Source: an uncultured Candidatus Rokubacteria bacterium (GTDB lineage: Bacteria > Methylomirabilota > Methylomirabilia > Rokubacteriales > CSP1-6). From it: a DNA stretch of 64,000 bases. Positions 19,418-31,780 of the stretch are shown here, piece by piece. Each line of letters begins with the position of its first letter. The stretch's first letter is position 1. The DNA lies in assembly GCA_963762145.1 (NCBI GenBank), contig CAVXJS010000015.1, positions 336,256 through 400,255 on the forward strand, read 5' to 3'. The notes below the pieces were generated by a model, which was not told the origin of the DNA, made no database searches, and saw only the letters and a list, made by a program, of their open reading frames with translations. The position numbers were made by a program, and so were the translations under genes.

Positions 19418-20971
19418 ATGAGATCCGGCCGCGCGCTCGTCGCCCTGACCGCTGCACTCGTCCTGTCCGGCCTCGTCCCCGGGGCCCGGCCCGCCCTGGC
19501 CGCCGGGCCCGAGGGCCAGGTCACGTGGGCCGTTCACGTCTCCCTGGCCCCGACCTGGTTCGATCCGGCCGAGACCGCCGGCATCATCACGCCCTTCATG
19601 GTGCTGTACGCCCTGCACGACGCCCTCGTGAAGCCGATGCCCGGCAAGGCGATGGCGCCCTCGCTCGCCGAGTCGTGGACCCAGTCGAAGGACGGCCTCG
19701 TCTACGAGTTCGTGCTGCGCAAGAACGTCCGTTTCCACAACGGCGACGTGATGACGGCCGAGGACGTGAAGTTCTCCTTCGAGCGCTACCGCGGGGCGAG
19801 CGCGGCCCTCCTCAAGGGCAAGGTCGCCAAGGTCGAGGCGGTCGACCCCCACCGCGTCCGCTTCACCCTGAAGCAGGCGTGGCCCGACTTCCTGGCCTTC
19901 TACGCGACCCCGGCGACCGGCGCCGCCTGGATCGTGCCGCGGAAGTACGTCGAGCAGGTGGGCGACGAGGGCTTCAAGAAGGCCCCGGTGGGCGCGGGGC
20001 CGTACAAGTTCGTCTCGTTCAAGCCGGGGGTCGAGCTGACCCTGGAGGCCCACGAGCAGTACTGGCGGAAGGCCCCGATGGTGAAGACGCTCGTGTTCCG
20101 GCACATCCCGGACGAGTCGACCCGTCTGGCCGCCCTGAAGCGGGGCGAGGTGGACGTGGCCTACTCGATCACCGGGCCGCTCGCCGAGGAGGTGAAGCGC
20201 TCGCCCGGGCTCGCGCTCGTGCCGACCTACTTCACCTTCACCACCTGGCTGGTCTTCCCCGACCAGTGGGACGCGAAGTCCCCCTGGCAGGACCGGCGCG
20301 TCCGGCTGGCCGCGAACCTCGCGATCGACCGCGCGGGCATCAACAGCGCGGTCTACCTGGGCCTGTCCAAGGTCTCGCACTCCTTCATCCCTCAGGGCAT
20401 GGAGTACTTCTGGACCCCTCCGCCCTACGCCTTCGACGCGAAGGCCGCCAAGCAGCTCCTGGTGGAGGCGGGCTACCCGAACGGCTTCGACGCGGGCGAC
20501 CTCACCGGCGACACGATCTACGGCGTGGCCATCGGCGAGCCGGTCGCCAACTACCTGCAGCAGGTCGGGATCCGGGTTCGCCTCCGGCCCATGGAGCGGG
20601 TCGCCTTCTTCAAGGAGTACGGCGAGAAGAAGCTCCGCGGGGTGATCTTCAGCGGCAGCGGCGCCCCCGGCAATGCCCCCACCCGCCTCGAGCAGTACGC
20701 GGTGACCGGGGGCCGCTACACCTACGGCTCCTATCCCGACGTGGACGGCCTCTACACCGAGCAGGTCAACGAGATGAACCCGCGGGTGCGCCAGCAGATC
20801 CTCCACAAGATCCAGCAGCTCATCTACGAGAAGGTCATGTTCGGACCGGTGATCGAGCCCGCCTTCCTCAACGGGGTGGGCCCGCGGCTCGAGGTCCACG
20901 GGCTGGGCCTCGTGGCCAATCACGCGTACTCGGCGCCGTACGAAGAGCTGCGCCTGAAGAAGAAGAGGTGA
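19418..20971 (+). CDS. Peptide/nickel ABC transporter substrate-binding protein (family 5)
   Basis: Signal peptide ending ALA; PSLAESW, FHNGD.MTAEDVKFSF, PVGAGPYKF, RVRLAANLAIDR. Confidence 0.93.
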   Translation: MRSGRALVALTAALVLSGLVPGARPALAAGPEGQVTWAVHVSLAPTWFDPAETAGIITPFMVLYALHDALVKPMPGKAMAPSLAESWTQSKDGLVYEFVLRKNVRFHNGDVMTAEDVKFSFERYRGASAALLKGKVAKVEAVDPHRVRFTLKQAWPDFLAFYATPATGAAWIVPRKYVEQVGDEGFKKAPVGAGPYKFVSFKPGVELTLEAHEQYWRKAPMVKTLVFRHIPDESTRLAALKRGEVDVAYSITGPLAEEVKRSPGLALVPTYFTFTTWLVFPDQWDAKSPWQDRRVRLAANLAIDRAGINSAVYLGLSKVSHSFIPQGMEYFWTPPPYAFDAKAAKQLLVEAGYPNGFDAGDLTGDTIYGVAIGEPVANYLQQVGIRVRLRPMERVAFFKEYGEKKLRGVIFSGSGAPGNAPTRLEQYAVTGGRYTYGSYPDVDGLYTEQVNEMNPRVRQQILHKIQQLIYEKVMFGPVIEPAFLNGVGPRLEVHGLGLVANHAYSAPYEELRLKKKR

Positions 20972-20972
20972 G

Positions 20973-21893
20973 ATGAAGCGCTACATCGCCAAGCGGGTCG
21001 GTTTCGCCGCGATCTCGCTCGTGCTCCTGTCGCTCACGATCTTCCTGCTCGTGCGGCTGACCGGCGATCCGACCGTGCTCCTGGTCGAGCCGGGAGCCAG
21101 CCAGGCCGACATGGAGGCGATCCGCAAGCAGTTCGGCCTCGACCGCCCGATCTGGGTGCAGTACGGCCACTTCGTCTCGAGCCTGGTGCGCGGCGATCTC
21201 GGCCATTCCTTCTACTACCGCACCCCGGTCCTCGAGCTCTATCTCTCCCGGCTGCCCAGCTCGCTCCTGCTCGCGAGCGCGGCCATGGCCTTCTCGCTCG
21301 TGATCGGCATCCCCACCGGGATCATCGCGGCGGTGCGCGTCAACCAGTGGTGGGACAGCGCGGGCAAGGTGTTCGCCCTCCTCGGGCTATCGCTGCCGTC
21401 GTTCTGGGTGGGCCTCCTCCTGATCCTCTTCTTCTCGGTCTACCTGGGGTGGCTCCCTTCGTCCGGGTCCGGCACGACGGCCCACCTGCTGATGCCCGCC
21501 TTCGCGCTCGGGTGGTACTTCGCGGCCGCCCACATGCGGCTCACCCGGTCCTCCATGCTGGACGTGCTGGGCTCCGAGTACGTGAAGCTGGCGCGGCTCA
21601 AGGGGCTTCCGGAAGCGCTCGTGATCGGCAAGCACGCGTTCAAGAACGCCCTCATCCCGGTGCTCACCCTGGCCGGCATCAACCTGGTGATCATGGTCAA
21701 CGTCGCGGTGGTGGTGGAGACGGTCTTCGCGTGGCCCGGCATCGGGCGGCTGCTCTACGAGGGCATCGCCTTCCGGGACTTCCCGGTCGTGCAGGCGACG
21801 GTCATCCTGAACGGGGCCATGGTGGTGGTGGTGAGCCTCCTCGTCGACATCCTCTACGCGGTGATCGACCCGCGCATCCGGCTCGCGCGATGA
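20973..21893 (+). CDS. Peptide ABC permease (DppB-like)
   Basis: GDP, GDLG.SF, EAA-like EYVKLARLKGL, RDFPVVQ, DPRIR. Confidence 0.93.
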   Translation: MKRYIAKRVGFAAISLVLLSLTIFLLVRLTGDPTVLLVEPGASQADMEAIRKQFGLDRPIWVQYGHFVSSLVRGDLGHSFYYRTPVLELYLSRLPSSLLLASAAMAFSLVIGIPTGIIAAVRVNQWWDSAGKVFALLGLSLPSFWVGLLLILFFSVYLGWLPSSGSGTTAHLLMPAFALGWYFAAAHMRLTRSSMLDVLGSEYVKLARLKGLPEALVIGKHAFKNALIPVLTLAGINLVIMVNVAVVVETVFAWPGIGRLLYEGIAFRDFPVVQATVILNGAMVVVVSLLVDILYAVIDPRIRLAR

Positions 21894-22770
21894 ACGGCAG
21901 CCGCGCCGCCACGCTCCCCGTTGCCGGGCGCCTCGCCGCGTTCCGGAGCGACGGCTTCCCGGTGATTCCGCTGTCCATCCTGGGCCTGTTGCTCTTCGTG
22001 GCCATCTTCGCCAACGTGCTCGCCCCGCACGATCCCGAGGTCGGCAGCCTCGGGGAGCGCTTCCGCCCTCCGTTCTGGCAGCAGGGCGGGAGCGAGAAGT
22101 TCCTGCTCGGCAGCGACCACCTGGGGCGCGACGTGCTCTCCCGGCTGATCTTCGGGGCCCGCGTCTCCATCGTGGTGGGGTTCACCGCGGTGCTGGTGGC
22201 CGGCGTCCTGGGCACCGGCCTCGGCATCCTGTCCGGCTACCTGGGCGGCTGGGTGGATCAGGTCATCATGCGGATCACCGACACCTGGCTCGCCCTGCCC
22301 GCGCTGACCTTCGCGATCTTCCTGGCCGCGGTGGTGGGGCCCAGCGAGATGAACATCGTGATCATCCTGGGCGCGGTGTACTGGACCCGCTACGCGCGGG
22401 TGATCCGCGGCGAGGTGCTCTCGCTCAAGGAGCGCGACTTCGTCCGCCTCGCCATCGTGGCGGGCTGCTCCAAGCGCACCATCATGAAGCGGCACATCCT
22501 GCCCAACGTGCTGAACTCCGCGATCGTGCTGGGCACGCTCATGCTCGGCGTGGTGGTGGTGACCGAGGCGGCCCTGTCCTTCCTCGGCGTCGGGGTGCCG
22601 CCCCCCAAGCCGGCGTGGGGGCTCATGCTCGCCGACGGCAAGAAGGGCATGATGGCGGGCTACTGGTGGCTCACCGTGCTGCCCGGCTGCTGCATCATGT
22701 TCATGGTGCTCTCCGCCAACCTCCTGGGTGACTGGCTCCGCGTGAAGCTCGACCCCCAGCTCCGTCAGCT

Positions 22771-22774
<4 letters not shown>
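21890..22774 (+). CDS. Peptide ABC permease (DppC-like)
   Basis: LGSDHLGRD..SRLIFGAR, HILPN, EAALSFLG.G, NLLGDWLR..LDP; ATGA overlap. Confidence 0.93.
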
Positions 22775-23771
<997 letters not shown>

Positions 23772-23775
<4 letters not shown>

Positions 23776-24752
23776 GCGTCCAGACGCCCATCCTCGAGGC
23801 GCGCAATCTCACCAAGCACTTCCCGGTGAAGCGCGGCGTGTTCGCCAAGACCCTGGGGGTGGTGCGGGCGGTCGATGGCGTCAACTTCTCGGTCCTCCCG
23901 GGCAAGACCCTCGGCCTGGTCGGGGAATCGGGCTGTGGCAAGACCACGACCGCCAAGCTGGTGCTGAAGCTGGAGGACCCCACCGGCGGCGCCCTGCGCT
24001 TCGAGGGGCGCGAGATCGGCGGCCTCGGGGGCAACGACGTCAAGCAGTACCGGCGCGCGGTGCAGGCGGTGTTTCAGGACCCGTTCGCGTCGCTCAATCC
24101 GCGCATGCGGGTGGACGCCATCATCGCCGAGCCCCTGATCACCCACGAGCGGCTGCCCGCCGCCGAGGTGGCCAAGCGAGTGCGGAACGTGATCGACCTG
24201 GTGGGGCTGCCGGAGCGGTCGGCGAACCTGTTCCCCCACGAGTTCTCCGGCGGCCAGCGTCAGCGCATCGCGATCGCGCGATCCCTGACGCTCTCGCCCA
24301 AGCTGGTCGTGCTCGACGAGCCGGTCTCCGCGCTCGACGTATCCATCCGGGCCCAGATCCTGAACCTGCTGCGCGACCTGCAGGCCCGGCTCGGGCTGTC
24401 CTATCTCTTCATCGCCCACGACCTGGCCGCGGTGGCGCACATGAGCCACACCATCGCGGTGATGTACCTCGGGCAGATCGTGGAGATCGGAGACGCGGCG
24501 ACCGTCGCGACCCGGCCGCGGCATCCCTACACCCAGGCCCTGTTCGCGGCGGCCCTACCCTCGCATCCCTCCGAGCAGCGCGACGAGCTGGTGCTGGCCG
24601 GTGAGGTGCCGAGCCCGCTCAACCCGCCCGCCGCCTGCCGGTTCCATCCGCGCTGCCCGCACGTGATGCCCCGCTGCTCGAGCGAGGAGCCGGCGCTGGG
24701 CGAGCACGATGGGCGGCGGGTGGCCTGTCACCTCTATACCGCGCCGGCATAG
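23772..24752 (+). CDS. Peptide ABC ATP-binding protein (DppF-like)
   Basis: [41 protein letters not shown]. Confidence 0.95.
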
Positions 24753-25048
24753 CTCTCCGGCAGGCCGCGCTCGCGGGCTTCCGCGAGCACGCGCGCGTTG
24801 ACCTCCGCGACGTCGGTCGCGGCGACCACCCGCGCGAAGCCGGACACGTCGCCGGGCGCGTACTCCCGCGGCCACCAGGAGAGGCGGCCCTCGCGCGCCA
24901 CCTCGAGGAGCGCGGGCGCGAGCCAGGGACTGACCACCGTGACGCGGGTGCCGGCCTCCAGCAGCGACGCGACGGCCCGAACGGCGACGATTCCACCGCC
25001 GACCACCAAGCAGGACTGGACGCGCTCGCTCACGTGGCTGGGCTCCAT
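24734..25048 (-). CDS. Short precorrin-2 dehydrogenase (CysG/SirC N-terminal NAD-binding)-like protein, apparently truncated
   Basis: [30 protein letters not shown]; only ~104 aa. Confidence 0.65.
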   Translation of the reverse strand: MEPSHVSERVQSCLVVGGGIVAVRAVASLLEAGTRVTVVSPWLAPALLEVAREGRLSWWPREYAPGDVSGFARVVAATDVAEVNARVLAEARERGLPESYAGAV

Positions 25049-25203
25049 CGGCGAGAGCAACCGCCGTGCCACGGGCGAGCCCGCGCGGAACCGCGACAAA
25101 TCGGGCCCGGCGCCGCGCGCGGCCGCGGCGCGGTGATCACCCGGCAGGCAGTCGCTGCCGCGAATTCGGTCACGGAGCGGGCAGAGGCTACAATGGTCGG
25201 AGC

Positions 25204-25858
25204 ATGGATCTCCTGTGGCTGCTCGTCGACATCGTGCTCCATCTGGACCGGCATCTCAGCGAGATCATCCAGCAGTACGGGGTCTGGACCTACCTGATCC
25301 TGTTCCTGATCGTCTTCTGCGAGACGGGTCTGGTGGTGACGCCCTTCCTGCCCGGCGACTCGCTCCTCTTCGCGGTCGGCACCTTCGCGGCCCTCGGGGC
25401 GCCTCGACCTGGGGCTGGTCATCGTTCTGCTGAGCGTCGCCGCGATCCTGGGGGACAGCGTCAACTACGCGATCGGGGCGAGGCTCGGCCCGCGCGTGTT
25501 CCGGCAGGAGGGGGTGCGGTTCCTGAACCGCCGGCACCTCGACCGCACCCACGAGTTCTACGAGCGCTACGGGGCCAAGACCATCGTCATCGCGCGGTTC
25601 GTGCCGATCGTGCGCACGTTCGCCCCCTTCGTGGCCGGCATCGGGCGGATGCAGTACGGGCACTTCCTGTTCTACAACGTGGCGGGGGCGCTCGTGTGGA
25701 TCCTCAGCCTCGTGCTGGGCGGCTACCTCTTCGGGAACATCCCGGTGGTCCGGCGCAACTTCTCGCTCGTGATCTTCGCGATCATCATCCTGTCCATCCT
25801 GCCCGCGATCATCGAGGTGTGGCGCCAGCGGGGCCGCGCCGGAACCGCAGCCCGGTGA
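25204..25858 (+). CDS. dedA: DedA family membrane protein; frameshift near 25400
   Basis: [42 protein letters not shown]. Confidence 0.92.
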
Positions 25859-26396
25859 CGCCCTCCTCCGTCTTCCGGTCCTCGACCTGGGCCCGGGTGG
25901 CGAGCAGGCGCAGCATCCGGTAGTTGTCGGCCTGCACGTAGGCGCGGAAGCGCCGGATCCCCCGCGCCTCGGCCGCCTCCAGCACCGCGTCGAGCAGGAT
26001 GCCTCCCAGGCCGCGCCCCTGCCAGCCGTCCTCCACGACGAACGCCACCTCGACGGTCTCCGGCTCCTCCGCGGGCTCGTAGCGGCCGACGCCGAGGAGC
26101 TGGACCCCCGCGACCGTCTCGCGCTCGGCCACCAGGGCCATGCGGCGCACGTAGTCCACGTTGGCGAAGAAGTGGTACCAGTCGGGCGGCAGCCGCCGCA
26201 GCACCGTGAAGAACCGCCGGTAGGCGCTATGCTGGCTCAGGCGTTCGTAGAGGTCCACGAGCCGCGGCTCGTCGTCGGGTCGGATCGGACGGATCCGCAC
26301 GGAGAACCCGTCCCGGAGCGTGACCGTCCGCACCAGCTCGCGCGGGTACGCTGCCGCCTCCGGCACCACCTCGCCCATCGGAGCCTCCATCTCCAC
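25809..26396 (-). CDS. GNAT N-acetyltransferase (acyl-CoA synthetase-associated type)
   Basis: [27 protein letters not shown]...[21 protein letters not shown]. Confidence 0.88.
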   Translation of the reverse strand: MEMEAPMGEVVPEAAAYPRELVRTVTLRDGFSVRIRPIRPDDEPRLVDLYERLSQHSAYRRFFTVLRRLPPDWYHFFANVDYVRRMALVAERETVAGVQLLGVGRYEPAEEPETVEVAFVVEDGWQGRGLGGILLDAVLEAAEARGIRRFRAYVQADNYRMLRLLATRAQVEDRKTEEGVTGLRFRRGPAGATPR

Positions 26397-26511
26397 GATC
26401 GCCTCGCCATTGAGCTGGAGATTGGCGCGAGAAGGATGCGACCCGCGGGGCGGACGCCGGCAAGTCGGACCAGGAGGCGGCCCCCTGGCGGCTACGGGCG
26501 GTTTCTTGCGG

Positions 26512-27358
26512 TTACTTGATGGCGCCGGCGGTGAGGCCGGAGACGTAGTAATCGAGGAAGAACACGTACAGGATCACGATGGGCACCGAGCCCAGCACCG
26601 CGCCCGCCATCAGCGAGCCCCAGAAGTAGATGTCGCCGCGGATCAGCTCGGTGGTGACGCCCACGCTCGCGGTGATCTGCTCCGACGAGGACGTGAACGT
26701 GAGCGCGTAGATGAACTCGTTCCACGAGAGCGTGAAGGCGAACAGCGCCGCGCACACGAGCCCGGGCACCGCGATGGGCAGGACGATGCGCCAGAGCGCC
26801 TGGATGCGCGTGGCCCCGTCCACCATCGCGCACTCCTCGATCTCCTTGGGGACGGTGCGGAAGTAGCCGATGAGGAGCCACGTGCAGAACGGGACCAGGA
26901 AGGTCGGGTACGTCAGCACGAGCGCCCACTTCGAATCGCCCATCCCGATCCAGTTGATGATCTGGGCCAGCGGCAGGAACAGGAGCGAGGTGGGCACGAG
27001 GTAGGTGACGAAGATGCCGGTACCGAAGGCGGCGACCCCCGCGAACTTCAGCCGGGCGAGCGCGTAGGCCGCGATGGTGCCGATGACCACCGATACCACG
27101 GTGGACAGGCCGGTCACGAGCAGGCTGTTCTTGGTCCAGGTGAGGAACTCGGTGTCCCAGAGGAGCTTGGTGTAGTGCTCGAGGGTGGGTCCCTGCGTGA
27201 TGATGAGGGGCACCGCGAAGCGGTCGTAGAGCTCGCGGTCCTGCTTCAGCGACGTGAGCGTCATGTGATAGAAGGGGAACAGCGCGAAGAGCAGGAACGG
27301 CAGCCAGCAGCAGGTGCTTCCCGACCTTCCCCAGGAACGGCCGGCGCGCGACGGTCAT
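26512..27358 (-). CDS. Carbohydrate ABC permease; 5' frameshift
   Basis: EAA loop EIEECAMVDGATR, FTLSWNEFIYA. Confidence 0.92.
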
Positions 27359-27359
27359 C

Positions 27360-28301
27360 TCAGAAGGTCTGCTTCCGCACGAAACGGAGCTGGGCCCAGA
27401 CCACGAAGACGAGCAGCGGGAAGAGGTAGAGCGAGATCGCCGCGCCCTCGCCGATCCGGCCGGTGTCGATCCCGATCATGCGCGACAGCGTGGCGAAGAG
27501 GTGGGTGGAGTTGATCGGCCCGCCGTGGGTGAGCACGTAGACGATGTTGAAGTCGCTGAAGGTGAAGATCGTGGAGAACAGCACCACCACCGCCAGCACC
27601 GGCTTGAGCAGCGGCAGCGTGATGTGCCAGAAGCGCGCGTTGGCCCCCGCCCCGTCGGCCTCGGCCGCCTCGTAGAGCTCCTTGGGGATGGCCACCAGCC
27701 CGGCGAGGATGGTGATGGCGAAGAACGGCAGCCCCCGCCAGATGTTGACGGTGATCACCGCCGCCATCGCGTAGTACTTCTGGCCGAGCCAGTTCGGGCC
27801 CGGGCGGATCCATGAGCCCGATGGCGATGCCGGTCCAGTTCACCACGCTGTAGAGCGAGTTGAACATCCACCACCAGCCGAGCGTGCTGAGCGCGGTCGG
27901 GATCACCCACGGCAGCAGCACCACGCCGCGGATCATGCGCTTGAACCAGAGCTGCTCGTTGAGGAGCAGCGCCAGGATGATCCCCAGCACCACCTTGAAG
28001 ACCACCGCGATCCCGGTGAAGACGAACGCGTTCTGGAAGGTCTGGCGGAAGGCGTCGCTGTCCCAGAGCTTCACGAAGTTCGGAGGCCGATGAACTCGCT
28101 CGGCCGCCCGATGAAGGCGTTGGACATCGAGAAGTAGAGCGCCATCACGAACGGATAGGCCACGAGCAGCAGCAGGAGGAGCAGGGCCGGGGTGACGAAG
28201 ACCGGCCCCAGGATCTCCTCGCGGTCGAGCAATCCCCGCACCCGGGCCACCAACCCCGGGCGCCCGCGTGGGACCGGAATCTCCTGCGCTCTGACCGCCA
28301 T
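27360..28301 (-). CDS. Carbohydrate ABC permease; frameshifts near 28080 and 27800
   Basis: LLPWVIP, WRGLPF, ELYEAAEADGA, HITLPLLKP, GGP.NST. Confidence 0.9.
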
Positions 28302-28319
28302 GGTCTCGTCTCGCGCGAA

Positions 28320-29601
28320 CTAGCCCGCGAGGATCTTCTTCATCTCGTTCTCGGCCCAGGCGATGGCGTCCTTGGTCGAGGTGCCGGTGACCGCCTTGGC
28401 GATCATGTTCGGCAGGAGATAGGAGTTGGTGATGAGCTGCACCTTGTCCGACGGCGGCGCCGGCCAGCCGTAGGTGTGGTACTGCACGCCCTCGCCCTTG
28501 AGCGCGGCGTACTTCGGATCGGTCTTGAAGCACCGGGTGGTCCTGGAGGTTCTCGTAGACCGGCAGGTTGAAGGCGTCCCCGGACATGATGTACTCGTCG
28601 TAGACCTCGCGCTTGCCGATCAGGTAGCGGATCCATTCCTTGGACGGCCTCGATGTTCTTCGAGAACTTCCAGATCCCGATGTGACCGCGGCACGTCGGT
28701 CTCGTGGCGCCCCTGGGGCCCGCGCGAGGCTCCGGTGGTGGTTGATACCGTCGGCGGTGACCAGCTTGCGCTTCTTGGCCACGATGTAGGCCGACACCGG
28801 ATTGTGGATCCAGCCCGCCTTGCCCTGCTGGATGGACTCGTTGTTGCTCGCGTCCGACCACGACAGGACCTCGGGCTCCATGCAGTCGCGGTACATCTTC
28901 TGGTACCACTCGATGGTCTGCACGGTGGCCGGCGAGTTGATGCGGACCGTCTTGCCGTCCTTGTCCACCTCCATGCCGCCGAAGGACCACAGCACCGGCC
29001 CCGCGGTCGAGATCGAGTCGTAGTTCTGCGAGATGGGGATCCCGACCGGGTTCCCCATCTTCTTGAGCTCCTTGCCGACCGTGTAGAGGTCCTCCCAGGT
29101 GTCGGGGACCTTGAGGCCGGCCTTCTTGAACAGGTCCTCGCGATAGGTCGCGACGAACATGCCGTGGTACTGAGGCACCGCGCGCCAGACGCCCTTGACG
29201 TGCGCGCCCTCGTAGGCGGAGGAGAGCGCCTTGCCGTGCTTCTTCTCGAGCTCGGCCACCACGTCCGAGACGTCCACGAGCTGCGGCTCGTAGAGCCACG
29301 GGAAGTGCATGCGCATCTCGACCAGGTCGTGGCCGGCCTGCGTCTGGATCTCGGATGCGTACTTGGCCTGCTGCGGGCCCATGTGGGAGATGTGGTCGAT
29401 CTTGAGCTTGATCCCGGTGTCCTTGGTGAAGCGCTGGCCGATCTCGGCCATCTTCTTGTCGGACGCGGGCGCGAAGTTGTTCCAGCAGAGATATGAGATC
29501 TCGCGCTGCTGGCCCCGGGCCGGCGGCACGCGGGTGGCGAGGATGCCGGCGAGGCCGGCTCCGGTTGTCGTCAGGAACTGGCGGCGGGTGACGGATCCCA
29601 T
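28320..29601 (-). CDS. Carbohydrate-type ABC substrate-binding protein with Tat signal; 3' frameshifts
   Basis: TRRQFL twin-arginine motif; YREDLFKKAG..PDTWED; SWSDASNN. Confidence 0.88.
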
Positions 29602-29659
29602 AGGCTCCTCCTCACTGAGGGGACGGGTCGGGGCATAGATCCGGAAAAGGTGTGTGCGG

Positions 29660-29689
29660 ACTGTATGCTGCGCGCCCGGCTCCTGTCAA
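29660..29689 (-). promoter_or_regulatory. Sigma-70-type promoter of the sugar ABC operon
   Basis: Minus strand TTGACA-N18-TACAGT. Confidence 0.5.
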
Positions 29690-29797
29690 GCAATCCCGCG
29701 GATAGGTTCACGCGTAGACGCGGAGAATGCCGTAGAGCACCGTGCCGACGAGCAGGGCTCCGGCGATGAGGGTCAGCGCGACCTCGCGCGGCCCGCG

Positions 29798-31772
29798 TCA
29801 CGACGGGCTCACCGGGTGCACGACCATGGCCACCGGCGGCCGGAGCTTGCTGCAGCCCGAGGCCGAGCACGAGCAGGCCCAGGCCGATCAGGTCGGTGAT
29901 CAGCGCCGGGTCGATCAGGCAGAAGGCGGCCGCGATGAAAATCGCCGCGCTCGGGCCGGGCGACTCCGGATGAAGTAGCCCTCGAGCCCGGCTGCGAGCG
30001 CGATCACCCCGATCGTGCCGGTCAGCACGGCCACGGCCGATGTCCGTCCACGGCCCTGAGAACAGCAGTGCCGGATAGTAGACGAAGAAGAACGGCACGA
30101 TGAAGCCGGCGGCCGCGAACTTCACCGCCTGCCAGCCCGCCGCCCAGAGCCCGAGCGACTGATCGACGCGGCGGCATACACCGCCAGGGCACTCCGGCGG
30201 GGTGACCGCGGAGAGGCAGCGAAGTAGAACGCGAACATGTGCGCGGCCATCGGGGCGGCACGCCGAGCTTGATGAGCGCCGGGATCAGCAGCGCGGCCAG
30301 CATGATGTACGCGGCGTGGTCGGCAGCGCCATGCCCAGGATGATCGCCGCGACCATGGTGATGAACAGCGCGAGCAGCAGGCTGCTGCCCGAGATGCTCC
30401 ACCAGGAAGCTCGTGAAGCGGATGGCCAGGCCGGTCTGGAGCATGACGCCGATGATGATGCCGGCGGCGGCGGTGGCCATCGCCACCGGCACCGTCTGCT
30501 CGCGCCGTCCCGAGCGCGGCCGGCCCGTCCCGGAGACGAGTGCATCCGCCCCCGTCCGCGAGACCGCGACAGCTCGCATGGCCGCCGGTTCCGCGAGCCC
30601 GGTCGATCACCAGAGCGGCTCTACCGCGACGGATCCCAGACCGGACCGAGCACGATCACGGACGCCGCGTCGAGATGATCGCGGCGTAGGTGGCGGTGAA
30701 GCCCTGCAGGAGCAGAAAGAAGATGATGAGCAGGGGGATGAAGAGGTGCCCCTGCCGCAGCATGATGTGGCCGAGGATCGGCAGCTCGTCCCGGGGGATA
30801 CCGCGCAGGCCGCTCCGGATCGCGTTGAAGTGGATGGCCGCGAAGAGGGCGCCGTAGTAGAACAGCGCCGGGATAGGGCGGCGAGCATGATGGAGCCGTA
30901 GGAGACGCCGAGGAACTCGGCCATCACGAACGCGGCCGCGCCCATGATCGGCGGCATGATCTGCCCGCCGGTGGAGGCCACCGCCTCGATCGCGGCCGCC
31001 GCTTCCGGCTTGAAGCCGGTCCGCTTCATCATCGGGATGGTCAGCCAGCCGTCCACCATCACGTTGGCCACCGCGGAGCCCGAGATGGTCCCGAACAGGC
31101 TCGAGGACACCACCGCGACCTTGCCGGGGCCACCGCGCGCCCCACCCGCGATGGCGTTGGCGAAGTTCATGAAGAATTGGCCCGCGCCAGACTTCTCGAG
31201 GAACGCTCCGAAGATGATGAAGAGGATGACGTAGGAGCCGGCGACACCGAGCGGGATCCCGAAGATGCCCTCGCTGGTGAAGTACGTCTGGTCGAGCAGG
31301 ATCTCGAGGTCAGGCCCGGTGGTGGAAGATCCCCGGGAGCCAGGGCCCCGCGAGGGCGTAGAGGATGAAGCTCGCCGCCAGCGATGGGCAGGGCGGCGCC
31401 GATGGTGCGCCGCGTCGCGTCGAGAACCAGGACCACCGCGAGTGCCGCCATCGCGATGTCCAGCGCGCTGAGGGGGTCGGCGGTGGGGAAGCGGCTGTTG
31501 ACGTACTCGTACCGGACGAACAGGTAGCCGGTGCACGACGAGCGAGAGGGCGGCCCGACGCCAGATCGGTCCACGGGATCGCGATCCGACGGGCCGCCCT
31601 TGCGCGCGGGGAAGAGCAGGAACGCGAGCACCAGGCTGAACGCGAGGGTGATGATCCGCAGCGCCAGGCTGTCCGGCGGCGCGGGCGTGAGCCGGGCGTA
31701 GACGTGGTAGAGGGACATGCACACCGCCACCACGCCGATGACCAGGCCGGCGTAACCGGCGAGCTTGCGCAC
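29798..31772 (-). CDS. TRAP transporter 4TM/12TM fused permease (TAXI type); heavily frameshifted
   Basis: EGIFGIPLGV, GGPGKVAVVSSSLFGTISGSAVANV, EAVASTGGQIMPPIMGAAAFVMAEF, LGMALPTT, AHMFAFYFA. Confidence 0.85.
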
Positions 31773-31780
31773 CGGAGCGG

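Noticed and set aside
30480-30680. Garbled segment in the TRAP permease as an insertion or recombination scar
   Set aside because: No terminal repeats or target duplication seen; it lies in the most error-dense stretch, so low read quality is more likely.
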